A DNA stretch of 59,996 nucleotides, counting the filler, from Hausera hauseri (Eukaryota), in assembly GCA_046269625.1 (NCBI GenBank). It is 11 parts of 11 records of this genome, joined end to end, with 100 filler letters (N's around TTAATTAATTAA, not from the genome) between each part and the next. Parts side by side here need not be neighbours in the genome. Positions count along the whole stretch, not along the records: positions 21,559 to 26,118 come from JBJURY010527567.1; positions 26,219 to 33,052 come from JBJURY010060440.1; positions 33,153 to 38,060 come from JBJURY010394701.1; 8 more parts are not named here. One strand, given 5' to 3'. Of the stretch, positions 23,967-35,375 are shown piece after piece. A program made the translations under genes and the position numbers. Each line of letters begins with the position of its first letter. Position 1 is the first letter of the stretch. Under the pieces are notes generated by a model, which saw only the letters and a program-made list of their open reading frames with translations, did not search any database and was not told where the DNA came from.

Positions 23967-26063
23967 GAAAATTATCAATGGACTAGTATTTCTGGAACAT
24001 CATTAATAGACAAAAGAGTATCGTATGTAATGCTAACTGGAGTCGAAAATAAAGGCAAACCAAAGCCGCCTTTTATCAAAGAAGCCGGAATAACTGTTCT
24101 TTGTAGCAATAAAATTAACTCTGTCAAATCAGAATTCGATTTGAATTTCCAATGTCAATTTGTTGAAGATGGAAAATCATCTAATTCCGATGAGAAATAC
24201 ATTGCAAACGTTGTTCGATCGACCAATTATAAAGTTGACACAGCTGCATTTATCCATTGCGATCCGTTGTGGATTTCTAGATTATCGAGATTCAACGATC
24301 CATCAGGAAAATGTAAATTACAACTAATTAAAGACAACGGAGCGATGACGAATAAATCTATCGATATCTGTTCAGCGTACGAGAAATGCGTTGGAGGATT
24401 TTCGGTGGATTTAAATACGAATTTGCAGGATATTGACGTGATATTCGGATTACCATTTGCCAACAAGACGAAAGTATTACGACAGGCTCAGTACACAGGA
24501 ATATCGCAAGCTAACCAGCAAGTACCGATCGGAGAATTGGGAACGGTGCATAATTTCGGTTATTCCGTTGCATTCGGCAGAACCGGATCGATGTTTGTTG
24601 CGTCACCAGTGTCGGCGAAAAATACGCCATATATTCAACAAATTAACGGGAAGGAATACTACGCAAATAGTATCATAAAGGATCAATATATTGGTGGTTT
24701 CGGTACGAGTTTGGATACGGTGGAAATTCGAAAGGACTTCTACGGTGCAATAATCGGTGCGCCATATTTAAATCGACAAACTCTGCCGAATGCTGGCGGC
24801 GTTTTTCTCGCCTGTGAAGGTCACGAAATTGACGTGGTATTCGGCGAGAACGGATACGATTATTTCGGCTACATCGTTGCGCGATTGGGGGACATAAATG
24901 ACGATGGATCCGATGAATTTGCGGTCAGTGCACCGCGTCTCCAGTTGGATTCGCCGGGGAGAATTTACGTGTACAGCACGTTGGGTAATTGTAAAATAAA
25001 CAAAATCCCGTTGCAAATTATCCAAAGTGACATTGCCGGATTTGGTATGGCAATATCGAGGAACTTTGATGTTAATTTCAATGGTTGGCCGGATTTCTTC
25101 GTATCCGGTTTGCAGATGAAAGACGTGCGGTTGTTTTCTATGCCGAAACAAGAAACGGTAACGTGTCGATTTGTTGCGCCGAAATCTGTCGATTTGTCAA
25201 CGTTCGGTGGGTTTAGAATTGCGGTGATGTTCGATCGTAGAATAAATTACGATAATTACACATTCCAAACTGCTGTCGACATGCTCCACAAACAAGAACC
25301 GAGATTTAAATTAGTCGAGAGTGTATGGAAAGGATCATCGTATTCCATTGAAATTCAGGCATTGGATGACATTCTCGGAATGGATTTCAAATCGACACCG
25401 TTCAAATTGGCATTGCGTGGCATCCGATCGTGTAAAGTACATGGCACGGGTTGTTTTCTAGTCCAGTCGCCGAACATTCGATGGAAAAACTGCGAGGAAA
25501 TCATCAAAATTCCCCAGGGATCATGTGTCGATTGTAAGTCGGATTTGAAACTCGTTGCCAAACCCGATCCAAAAGGATCCGATATCTTAATTGGAAACCA
25601 CGAAAATTACGATCGACAAATTGAATTGACCATTTCCAATCTGGGTCCGCAACAAATCCAGCGAGTTTATCTGTCGATTAATCCAACACCCAATTTGTCC
25701 GTTTTGAAAACGGTTTTGAACGTTTCGTCTAGTGAAATCTCTCAAACCGAAGGGAAATTTAAAATCGTTATTAAAGAAGCTCTTGAGTCGTGGTTGAGTA
25801 ATTCTGATGATGTTAAAGCAATTGTGCGATTGTCATTTATTCCCAATTCGGAATTAACGAGTTCGGCATCGATAACCTTTCAGATTTGGGGTATAAACGA
25901 CGACATGAATTTATCAAATAACAATCATACTATTGATTATAACGTTCTGTTTCGTCCAAATGTTACGTTTTCGTCGAAAATCACGGAAAAACCCATCGTT
26001 TATAATATGTGGTCAGTCATGTGCATAACCAAAATTTATACAGGATGGAATATGCTATTGTGA
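22854..26063 (+). CDS. 1069-aa in-frame fusion ORF: RNase H and partial integrase joined to integrin alpha ectodomain
   Basis: Open frame across a junction near 23967. Confidence 0.6.
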   Translation: MHALLQENSKLVWTQECQKAYQQLKDNLLAPPILAYPDMSRPYFLATDASKVGIGVVLSQKDDQGQEHPISFGGRKLRKHERNYSTIERELLAIVYALEQYGQYLSETKPIIIYTDHKPLQWLKNHKNPNSRLMKWAMLLQPYDLKFEYKMGKANANADYMSRIPEDTDQTGKESIDKPGVIAAIWSITGQERSLLQKQQNDEQIKQIREFLKRKVIPNDTDLYAHLKSFAEHYEIKDDVLYYNHKGKLVVVVPQKDIKLLLTQYHDGMMGGHQSVKRTLGRLKRKYYWHTMTKDVQDWCKSCPICATRRNTGLKIKVPLKPIECPPAPMEFSAMDILGPLPMTINGNKYMLVFVDLFSRWPVVIPITNQKENYQWTSISGTSLIDKRVSYVMLTGVENKGKPKPPFIKEAGITVLCSNKINSVKSEFDLNFQCQFVEDGKSSNSDEKYIANVVRSTNYKVDTAAFIHCDPLWISRLSRFNDPSGKCKLQLIKDNGAMTNKSIDICSAYEKCVGGFSVDLNTNLQDIDVIFGLPFANKTKVLRQAQYTGISQANQQVPIGELGTVHNFGYSVAFGRTGSMFVASPVSAKNTPYIQQINGKEYYANSIIKDQYIGGFGTSLDTVEIRKDFYGAIIGAPYLNRQTLPNAGGVFLACEGHEIDVVFGENGYDYFGYIVARLGDINDDGSDEFAVSAPRLQLDSPGRIYVYSTLGNCKINKIPLQIIQSDIAGFGMAISRNFDVNFNGWPDFFVSGLQMKDVRLFSMPKQETVTCRFVAPKSVDLSTFGGFRIAVMFDRRINYDNYTFQTAVDMLHKQEPRFKLVESVWKGSSYSIEIQALDDILGMDFKSTPFKLALRGIRSCKVHGTGCFLVQSPNIRWKNCEEIIKIPQGSCVDCKSDLKLVAKPDPKGSDILIGNHENYDRQIELTISNLGPQQIQRVYLSINPTPNLSVLKTVLNVSSSEISQTEGKFKIVIKEALESWLSNSDDVKAIVRLSFIPNSELTSSASITFQIWGINDDMNLSNNNHTIDYNVLFRPNVTFSSKITEKPIVYNMWSVMCITKIYTGWNMLL
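23967..26063 (+). CDS. integrin alpha subunit fragment (beta-propeller, thigh, calf-1)
   Basis: FG-GAP repeats NFGYSV, IIGAPY, YFGYIVARLGDINDDGSDEFAVSAP, FGMAISRNFDVNFNGWPDFFVSG, and genu-like CVDCKSDLKL. No signal peptide, TM or GFFKR. Confidence 0.9.
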   Translation, partial: ENYQWTSISGTSLIDKRVSYVMLTGVENKGKPKPPFIKEAGITVLCSNKINSVKSEFDLNFQCQFVEDGKSSNSDEKYIANVVRSTNYKVDTAAFIHCDPLWISRLSRFNDPSGKCKLQLIKDNGAMTNKSIDICSAYEKCVGGFSVDLNTNLQDIDVIFGLPFANKTKVLRQAQYTGISQANQQVPIGELGTVHNFGYSVAFGRTGSMFVASPVSAKNTPYIQQINGKEYYANSIIKDQYIGGFGTSLDTVEIRKDFYGAIIGAPYLNRQTLPNAGGVFLACEGHEIDVVFGENGYDYFGYIVARLGDINDDGSDEFAVSAPRLQLDSPGRIYVYSTLGNCKINKIPLQIIQSDIAGFGMAISRNFDVNFNGWPDFFVSGLQMKDVRLFSMPKQETVTCRFVAPKSVDLSTFGGFRIAVMFDRRINYDNYTFQTAVDMLHKQEPRFKLVESVWKGSSYSIEIQALDDILGMDFKSTPFKLALRGIRSCKVHGTGCFLVQSPNIRWKNCEEIIKIPQGSCVDCKSDLKLVAKPDPKGSDILIGNHENYDRQIELTISNLGPQQIQRVYLSINPTPNLSVLKTVLNVSSSEISQTEGKFKIVIKEALESWLSNSDDVKAIVRLSFIPNSELTSSASITFQIWGINDDMNLSNNNHTIDYNVLFRPNVTFSSKITEKPIVYNMWSVMCITKIYTGWNMLL

Positions 26064-26369
26064 ATTAAACCAATGCATTTCAGATTGACAGAACATCAAG
26101 AAAACAAATCGAATATAANNNNNNNNNNNNNNNNNNNNNNNNNNNNNNNNNNNNNNNNNNNNTTAATTAATTAANNNNNNNNNNNNNNNNNNNNNNNNNN
26201 NNNNNNNNNNNNNNNNNNTCATTTGTGCGATCTTCAACTCTTGGCATTTAAATAATTGATTAGCGCTCATAGGTTTCACACCGACCAATTTAACACCATC
26301 TTCTCCATAAGGATATGTAATATCCAAATGTTCTTTCGGCCTACTGTCAGTTAAAAGGCTATAATATTT

Positions 26370-29067
26370 TGGCCGTAGAAATACCCTTAACTTTCATCCT
26401 TGAAGCAGCCGATTTTGTTTGTGATGGCGTTTCTGTACAATGGATGATTCTGTGGGTAATTGGACTTGTCCAGTAATCCGTCTGCCATAATTTGCCACAG
26501 TAGTTGTTAGGGATTGACGTTTTCCAGTTCCAAGAAAAAACTATCTGTGTCACCGGAAATTATATTGATCTTGCTTCCGCCGCTACCGAACATTTGTCGG
26601 TAACATACCAAATAGCGATACTGCAGCTCATACATCTGCAAGTTGCTCAGATCCAATAGCACTTGTCCTATATAACTTGGCCGGTCCAGTACGACTTCTT
26701 CACTGTTTAAAGGCACGGCAACCAATCCATCGGCAATGCGCATTGATCGCTTGAACTGCGCCTTACTCGTATACGTAACCAACCGCTTTTCGCTATTGTA
26801 TAAGCGTACATTGAGCCACTTTTCCAGATTCTCTACTGCTTTTCCATAGAGAGAATTGTTTTTCAGCTTGTAATAGTCTTTTCAAACTTCGTACAAGCTT
26901 CAGCTCGTTTTTCCGAATTCCGACTGATATACGGCTCGAATATCGGAGCCTGTGCGAATCGGATTGTGCGATGCAGCTGTGTGACGCGTACACCCAACTG
27001 TATGTAAAATTGCAACAGATGCCAATGAATTATGTAGTTTTGTTTACGTTCATGCGTCATAAGCAGCTTTTTTAACTTCAAGCCCGGTGGATATTGGTTG
27101 ATTGGTGCGACCGGCAGTTCATTCAGAAAGTCATGCAACTCATCTGGTATCAAGAGATCGACTTCCATCAGGTATCCTAATGAGCTGCTTTCTGCTGTTG
27201 TCATATCTGCCCTCGACAGATTTTCCAGTAATGTGTCCAGGTCCGGTTTGTCAACTACCCATTCCAATAAACCGTACGGCAAGGGTTGCGAAAGCGCCCA
27301 GCCGTACAGGTTATTAATGTTGATATACAAGAGTAATGTGGTATAATTACTGGTTACATGGTGCTTGTTGACAAATTTCATGCCGCCACGAATACCAAAA
27401 TCAAACATTCGGTACATTTTCGGGTCTTGCAATAGCTCTATATCCCGTTCCAGTGACATCAGAGCTGATGCCCAGCTCATTCCTGGTATTGAGTAAAAGT
27501 TGAGTGGCTCCAGCCTATCTTCTGCCAACACGTTAGCTCGAAATGTCTGAAACACATCGGCTAGCAGGTACACATCCAATTTTAGATAATGAAGAATGTA
27601 CTCCAACAGGTTTCTGCAGCTGAGCTTTGCTCAAAACGATTGGGCTTTGTGATATTGTTCTTCTGTGATACCGGGCCATTGCGGTAGTAATTCTTCTGTT
27701 GTCTGAAGCCGCTTGTACGATATCGAAAGTCATACGGGAATATGCCTTTGCTACGTGAAACATGTGCAGGGGAATGAGTCAATGTTAGCGGCACATCTGA
27801 CAAGGCATTTACCAGCTTTGTCAGAGATTCGTTGAGAAATTGCAACGAATCAAGGAAGCGTACCTGAAACCGGCTAATACGAGCAGATGGTGACAGGAAA
27901 TTCTCCATTGTAGTCGGAATTATGGAAAGTTCCCAGTGTGTAAAGCCGTTAATGGCCCATTTGAGAATATGGTGACAGTCATAACCTTGAAAATGATGAA
28001 AGATCACCGGCAGGAATGGTCGCACTCGCTTTGCTAAATCGCATAAATTGCATGCTGCTCCCAAGTATCGACCAGTGAAATAGTCATGATCCGGTACAAG
28101 CCATTCCTGTTCATCAAACGGTATTATTTTGTGGCACAGATAGCATTCATCGGTGGCAGCAAAAAGCAGCGGTTGATATTCATATGTCAAAATCAATGGC
28201 TTATTGCAATTGTTGCAATACCACGGCGCGACTTCCGCTTCCACTATGGTTTGAAACTACTGCAGGAAATCACTTATACAGTTCCAATCATGGAAAACGT
28301 AATACTGCAGTTGTCCTGCGGCTTTTATTGGTACTAACAACATACCGACGGTAATTGGAACGTGCTTTTGATCGCATACATTGTGCCGTGCTAGAATTGC
28401 TTCGATATTGGCATACACTCCATATGCCGGACTGTCCGTTTTGACCAGTCACTGAATCTCAACTCCATTTTGACTGGCGTAACATACATTGTGGTTCCTG
28501 ATGAAGTTTGTCTGCACAGCGCCAGATGCTTTTCCCATATCTCATTTGACCGGAATTTATGCAGACACACGGGACACCATTTACACCGTATATGCTTTTG
28601 ATGAACTGATCAGGCTCCATGTTCAACAATCTGTTCAAATTGGTCACAGCCGTGTAATGAAACTTTTCTTCATTCTCCAACAGCAACAAATTTACTGGGC
28701 GTCCAATAGGATTTCGACTGCGGAAAATTATGTCCACGTGAGGATTCTTGTAAATTTCCTCATCCACCGGTATCTCTACGATTGTGTTGAACCGGAACAC
28801 GTTGATTACCTGTGTCGGATTACGCCGTTCAAAAGCCGGAATAGTTTTGAGTTTCATCGGCATCCAAAACTCATCGTAGTTCAATTCTAAGAAATACTTA
28901 CGGTACTGCTTTTGACAATTTGCATGATGTCTGGACACTTGATCATATTTTAATATGGCCAGAATGCTGTAAATAAAGCAGTATTCGTCGTTAGTATTTT
29001 TTACATTCACTGTACCGTCAGAGACTGCTTCAAGGAGGCAGGTGTAGGTATGACTGAACGTCCTCAC
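26370..29067 (-). pseudogene. protein-primed DNA polymerase B (Polinton/Maverick-type) with endonuclease VII-like insert
   Basis: NVKNTNDEYCF, CYLC...DHDYFTGRYLGAACNLC, RFLDSLQFL, DVYLLADVF, GIRGG, NNLYGWAL, KLKNNSLYGK, GDTDS. Frameshifted. Confidence 0.92.
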
Positions 29068-29149
29068 ACGTAAATCATGTCACTCGTCTTGGTCAATATA
29101 AAGTTGAAAGTGACAATCTTTACAATTCGTCAACTGTGGGTTCGTGCGT

Positions 29150-32100
29150 ATCATCGAAATTGGGTTTAACAGTAAATTAAAAATACTGATTTAAATACAT
29201 TGTTGATATTTCATCGCATTTCCATCTGACAACGCTGCACTAGATATTCTGAGATTACAATTGATATTTACATGGCGGGGAAAATTCTTTCACCGATCCG
29301 CTAAACCCTCCAGTGCTATCACACTTTAGGCACTACATCATCCCCGTGGCAAGATAAAGACAATAAGGAGGAAAATTAACAGAGATTATAGTAGGAAAAA
29401 GAAGAACTTGTACCTATTCGGTTTTGGTACGTGTTAGACGTTGGATTCCATCTATGAACTTCTCCCTGATGTAAGTACTAAATGTCTTTTGGGGTGACCT
29501 GTTAGATGTTACTGGTGCTTGTGGAGTTGTTTGAAGGAGAGGTGCTATGTATTTTATGGTGTTTTAAGAGGATGCTTCATGAATAGGTGAAAGTGCAGAA
29601 GAAGCTGAAAAAGGAAGAGGATTACGCGAAGATGGCGAGACTGGAGAATGAAGCAAATCGTGCGATGAAGGTTAAGTGAGTGGTGGATGTTCAGGTGATG
29701 ACGGCAAAGTAGGTGGTGAAAGAGCAGTGGACGATGAAGGAAGTGAAACGAACTGCTTGTGACACGATAGCGATTGGCGTAACGGATCAAAAGCATCAAG
29801 AAAATTAGATGATAGCTGAAGGGCAGAGAAGTTAGAGTTGGGATGTGAAACAATGCTGTTATCGTGGTCATTGTAAACGAAGAAAGCTGGCTTCAGATTA
29901 GAAATGTGTACATTTTGGGGTTTGTCCTTTCGTAAAATAGTAGCGGTGTGCGAAGAAAGGATGAGTAGTTTGTAAAAGCCAACGTATTGAGGTCAAAAAC
30001 CAGAAGGTGACGGATCCTTCAGCCATACAAACTTGGCTGAGTATAAGTCCTATGGAATATAAGATTTGTCTTTATTTATAAGACGGCAAAGGCGTTTGAG
30101 TTTACATCTACAAAGTTGGACTGTTCCGCAAAAATAACTTCATTTGACGAACTTTCACCGAGATTGGAATGCTCAAATAGGGTAGGAATTGGTGTCCCAA
30201 AGAGAGCCTCAGCTGTAGCACAACCTGTGGTGGTGGATGGCGTGTCGCGTCAACCGAGTAGGACAGGAGGAAGAATTGAGGTCCAGTTATGATTGTTGTT
30301 TGACAGGATTTTCAAGGAAATCTTCATGGTGCGGTGAAATCTCTCAAGAAGACCATTTGCTTGGGGATGGTACGGCGTCGTATGGAAATGGGCTATCCCC
30401 AAGTGCCTTACCAGAGATTTAAAAAGATCAGCTTCAAATTGTGGACCCTGGTCTGTTATGATGTGATGTGGTGAGCTAAAATGGTTGACCCATGTCTTGA
30501 TAAATGCATCTGCTACTGAGTCAGTGTTGGTTGAAGCGGAACGGCTTTAGGCCAGCGGGAAGCACGATCCATCATGGATAAGATATATTGATAACCATTG
30601 TCGTAAGGTAGAGGATCCATAAGATCCAAATGCACGGTTTCAAAAGGAGAAGTGCAAGGGAAGTAGTAAACTGGTGGTTTGAGGTGTTTATGAACCTTAT
30701 ATCGCTGATATGCTGCACATCCCTTAACCCAGACCTGTACATCTGTACGCATAGTCGGCCATACAACACGGCGTTACAGTAGACGGAATGTGGCTTTTGA
30801 ACTCGGATGTTGAATAGAGTGAAAGTGAGTAAAAGCCGTCTTTTGCAACTATGGAGCAGGAATGATTTTTTATTAGTAGAGTGGGATGTGTTGTAGGCGA
30901 TGCCATCGATGATCTCAACAGATTTAAAATCTTGGCGAATACCAGATAATGGCTGATTATTTCTTAGAATTTCAGAAGAGACGATTGGCTGAACTGCAAT
31001 TGAATTGACCGATCGCGACAAAAAGTTTGCTACTAAATTTTCGGTGCCGGAAATGTATTTCATGGAAAAGCTAAACGTCGACAGGTATGATATCAGTCGC
31101 TCTTGTCTGGGCGATGGCTGTTTTAACGTCATGATATGAAGTAGAGGCTTGTGGTCGATTTGGATGGTAAATTGACGTGATAGAAGCAAATGCTTGAAAT
31201 GCTTTACCGTTAGAACTATGGCCAAGAGTTCACGATCAAATGTAGAGTATCGGCTTACCGATTGTGTGAGCTTTCGGGAATAGAATTCTAATGGCTCGTC
31301 AACACCATTGTATATTTGGTGTAATATCGCACCAGTGGCTGTGGTTGAGGCATCGGTAGTTAATATCAGTTCCGCGTTTGGTTTTGGGAAAGCCAAGATT
31401 TCAACGGTTTTCAGACCTTCACGAAGGCAATAAAATTGATTTACTGGATCGGGAGTCCAATGGATTAATTGTCTTTTCTTTCCGGATGAGAGGTGTGCGA
31501 AAGGTGCCGTTAGCTCGGAGTAGTGTGGCATATAATTACGTACGAAGTGCAATATCCCTAGAAAACTCCTCATATCAATATTAGTAGTTGGTAACGTAAC
31601 ATTTTTGAATTGTTGTAAGCGATCAGGCTGGGGCGAATGACCTTCGGGAGTAATTATGTGACTTAAGAAGTTGACGCGTTTCTGGAAGAAATTGCATTTG
31701 GCGAAATAGATTTGCAGGTTGCTTTTATGCAATCTGTGGAAAATAATTCTGAGGTGCTCATAATGTTGTTTGATCGAGGTGGAAGCAACTAATATGTCAT
31801 CTACGTATGGGGGAGCGAAATCAAGACCAGAAAGAACGGTGTCAATGTGGCGCTAAAAGGTCTGAGATGCGCTACGAAGTCCGAAAGGCATGAAGATGTA
31901 TTCATAAAAACCAAATGGTATGATGACAGCAGTTTTTTGAATGTCATCAGGTGCAACGGGAATTTGATGGTAGGCCTTGTGCAGATCAATAGTAGAATAG
32001 GTATTGGTGTTGTTGAGACCATGAAGAATATCTTTAATGAGTGGTAGTGGATAGGCATCAGTAATAGTTAGATTGTTTAATTGTCGATAGTTGCCACATG

Positions 32101-33052
32101 GTCTGTAGGTACCATCTTTCTTTACCACTACATAAAGAGGAGAAGCCCACGGTGAATTCGATCTCCGAATGATGCCAGACCTTTCAAGTTCATTAAATGC
32201 CTATTCCACAGCTTTACGTCTGCGTGGAGACAAAGGTTTGACCTTCTGTTTGATCGACCTCTGATGCTCTGTTACTATGTGATGAAAAGTTGTAGATGAA
32301 GGCTTGAAGTTGAAGTTCCTTTTAACTATGCGAAAGAAAGACGTTGTGACTTATGATTTAAGATTGGAGTCTAAAGACAAGAATGAATGAGGCACATCAT
32401 TAGAGAGAACAGCTCCAGTGAATGACGAAAGGCAGCTGGCATCGCTACTGTGGACGCCTAATTTGGATTTTTGTTTTAGGATAGATTTATGATTGTCATT
32501 CATAATAGAAATATTGGCGACTTTATCGGAAGTTTTTTTATATATGACGAAAGGTTAAATAGCTTCATAGATGAGCGCAGTGAATTGTTCGCTAAGTTGT
32601 CTATGAGACACATGTTTGGAGTTGCAATCGAGTTCCTGCTTAAAAGACACTTTATTTGCAATTGACCAATAGATAATATGCGGCGAGAAAATCTGCGCCT
32701 ATTATGGGAGATTTAATATTGGCCACGTGGAACTTCCAGACAAACTTATCCGGCAAGTTGGCGAATGTGAAAGTTAATTCCGTGGTTCCGCAAGATGCAA
32801 CGGTTGACCACTGGCAGTGAAAAGCGGTGGACAGGAAATCATAGTCGATGTAGGAACGAAGGACAATGGAAGGAGCGAAAGGGCAGCTCCTGAGTCTATA
32901 AGAAAGTTGATATGTGAAGTATCTCTGCATAACAGTATAGCTTTCAACAGAAAGACTGCAGAGGCGGTGTTGAAACGGCCATAAGATTGAGCGATATTGC
33001 CTGCGCCAGAATGTACCGCAAAATCTTGCGTCGTTATTAGTTTTCCATCCAG
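29150..33052 (-). mobile_element. CsRn1-like Gypsy copy B (pol plus start of 3' LTR)
   Basis: Protease, RT (YVDD), RNase H, integrase and S/T/P-rich tail. GGGGA tract followed by LTR start TGTAGTGCCTA (29337 downward), the same as at 55664. Confidence 0.92.
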
Positions 33053-33329
33053 NNNNNNNNNNNNNNNNNNNNNNNNNNNNNNNNNNNNNNNNNNNNTTAA
33101 TTAATTAANNNNNNNNNNNNNNNNNNNNNNNNNNNNNNNNNNNNNNNNNNNNCTACACAAACAAGTGGAAATCGAAAAATGTAAAACCGTACGCACATAG
33201 AAACTAACATGTGCCTTATCCGATTATGAAATTAGTTATTCAAAAACTCGAATACAAGTCGAACTTTTCGAATAATTTATTTTCTTTTCGAATAAAAGCA
33301 AAAATCGAAAAATCTAAAAGCGTAAAGGG

Positions 33330-35000
33330 ATACAAACTAATACATGGAGAACCCCAATATGATGTCAGACATTCTCAAAGAAGCTTAAATAAAAAAGCCG
33401 ATTTTTCGATCGATTCCGAATATTCAAATTATACCATCGGATTCCCCATGTCCGAAAACCTTTGTAGACCAAGAATTGGGTGTGTAAAATATTTAAAAAT
33501 TTTTCGAAATGGACAAAACATTGAAATATTCGATAATATTCGGGCACGCATGCATTATTCGAAGAATCTGATGGCTTTAATCGACTCTCCATGCGCGAAA
33601 ACCTGTAGGACAGTCAATATCGGCGCGGTGAGTGCACTGCGGTGTATTAAAACAAGGTTTAATAACAAGTACAAATTACATAAAATACTAAGTAATTAAA
33701 CGGTGCTTATTTTGATTGCACAATTGACGATGAAATTGAAGGTGAATAACACTGAAATCAATAAATCTTTAAGCATAGACAGATAGGAATCCATATATAA
33801 AGAATCTGAATCTGGTGTTAGATATTTGAATACATTCGAAATCGGATAATTATCAATTCAAACTCGAAAACTCGATCAAGCATATGTTAGTCAAAGAATC
33901 TGATCAGTCCAATAGATTTCCCATATGGGAAAACATGCAAGGGAAAAGTTAGCGCCATGCAGTGCATCGTTGTCTATTAAAACAAGCTTTGTTAATATGG
34001 TAAAAATTATGTAATAAATACTATGTAATTCAACGGTGCTTATTTGTTTTAATTAATCAGGTAATATTAAAACGTGAAGTTGAAAGAGAAGGGTGTAAGA
34101 ATCGATAAATCTTTAAGCGCACCCAGATAGAAATGCATATGTGGAGAATCCCAATCCGATGCCAGATATTCGAATACATTATTCTAAATCGACAAATTAT
34201 CGATTCGAACTCAAAAAATCGATCAGGCGTAAATTATTAGAAGAATCTGATGGCATAAATCGATTCTCCAAGTGCCAAAATCCTGTATAATAAATAAAAT
34301 TGGCCACATTCTATGAATTAATACATAGTAAAATAACATTGAAAAAAATTCATATATATGTGCGTGCGTGCTTTAGTTAACTTGATTTTCAAAGTGATGG
34401 GTGCAAGAATCGATAAATATTTAAGCGTAGATAAATAGGAAATCATGTATGGAGAATCAAATTACGATGTCAGAAGAGAATTTCAAGGTGATGAATCAAA
34501 TTTGGCGGGGATAAAAAATCAATTGATGCATTAAAATAAATGAACAAATGCAACCCGTTGAGCAGACAAATGCAATACGATGGCAATACATAATCACGGA
34601 TTTATGCATGTAAGCAAGGCTTTACCTTGAGTTTTGTTTAATCAAATTACGTGACAAGTTTATGCAATTGATGCATTAAAACAAATGTGCAGTATGTTGA
34701 CAATGCAAGTGCAACATGTTGACAACAATATGCAGTGCCGAATTTACCCTACCATTAAAAATTATTAACTTTCCTTACATGTGTGTTTTGTTTTACTGCA
34801 TCAATAATCAAATGGAGAATCCTGTTCAGAAGTCGAATATTCGAATACTTGAAAGTCGATAAAGTCCGACGTTTCACTGTGAATGTCAAGATAGTGAATC
34901 AAATTTAGCGGGCAAAAAAATTTAATTGGTGCATTAAAACAAATGCGACACATTGGTAATACAAGTGTAACATGTTGGCAACAATATGCAGTGCATAGTT
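33330..35000 (+). repeat. degenerate tandem repeat, period about 335-345 bp
   Basis: Recurrent AAGAATCTGAT (about 33563, 33895, 34240), AACGGTGCTTATT (about 33698, 34032) and AAATCTTTAAGC (about 33763, 34107). Later ATGCATTAAAA-containing units. Confidence 0.75.
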
Positions 35001-35044
35001 TACAGTACCATTAGAGGAAACTAGTGTAGAAATATATCAGAATT

Positions 35045-35335
35045 GCTGGGAATAGAGAAGAAATATACCAAGATAATGAGGATTAGTGATGCAATATATC
35101 AGTAATATAGGGAATAAATAGAGGGAATATACCAAGATAATAAGGACCATGGATGGAATATAGAGGGAATGTACCAAGACAATGAGGATTAGTGAGGCAA
35201 TATATGGGTAATATAGGGAATAGGGAGAGGGAATATACCAAGATAAAAAGGACTAATGAGGCAACATATCAGTAATATAGGGAATATATAGATGGAATAT
35301 ACCAAGATAATGAGGACTAGTGAGGGAATGTACCA
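35045..35335 (+). repeat. minisatellite, about 5 copies of a 45-65 bp purine-rich unit
   Basis: Core GAATATACCAAGATAATGAGGA repeated at about 35061, 35125, 35167, 35231 and 35295. Confidence 0.85.
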
Positions 35336-35375
35336 CCCAAGGATGGATTTTATAGCCAGCTACCGGACTGTGATA

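Noticed and set aside
33330-35335. CRISPR-like array
   Set aside because: Units are long, degenerate tandem repeats without unique spacers, there are no cas genes, and the context is eukaryotic.
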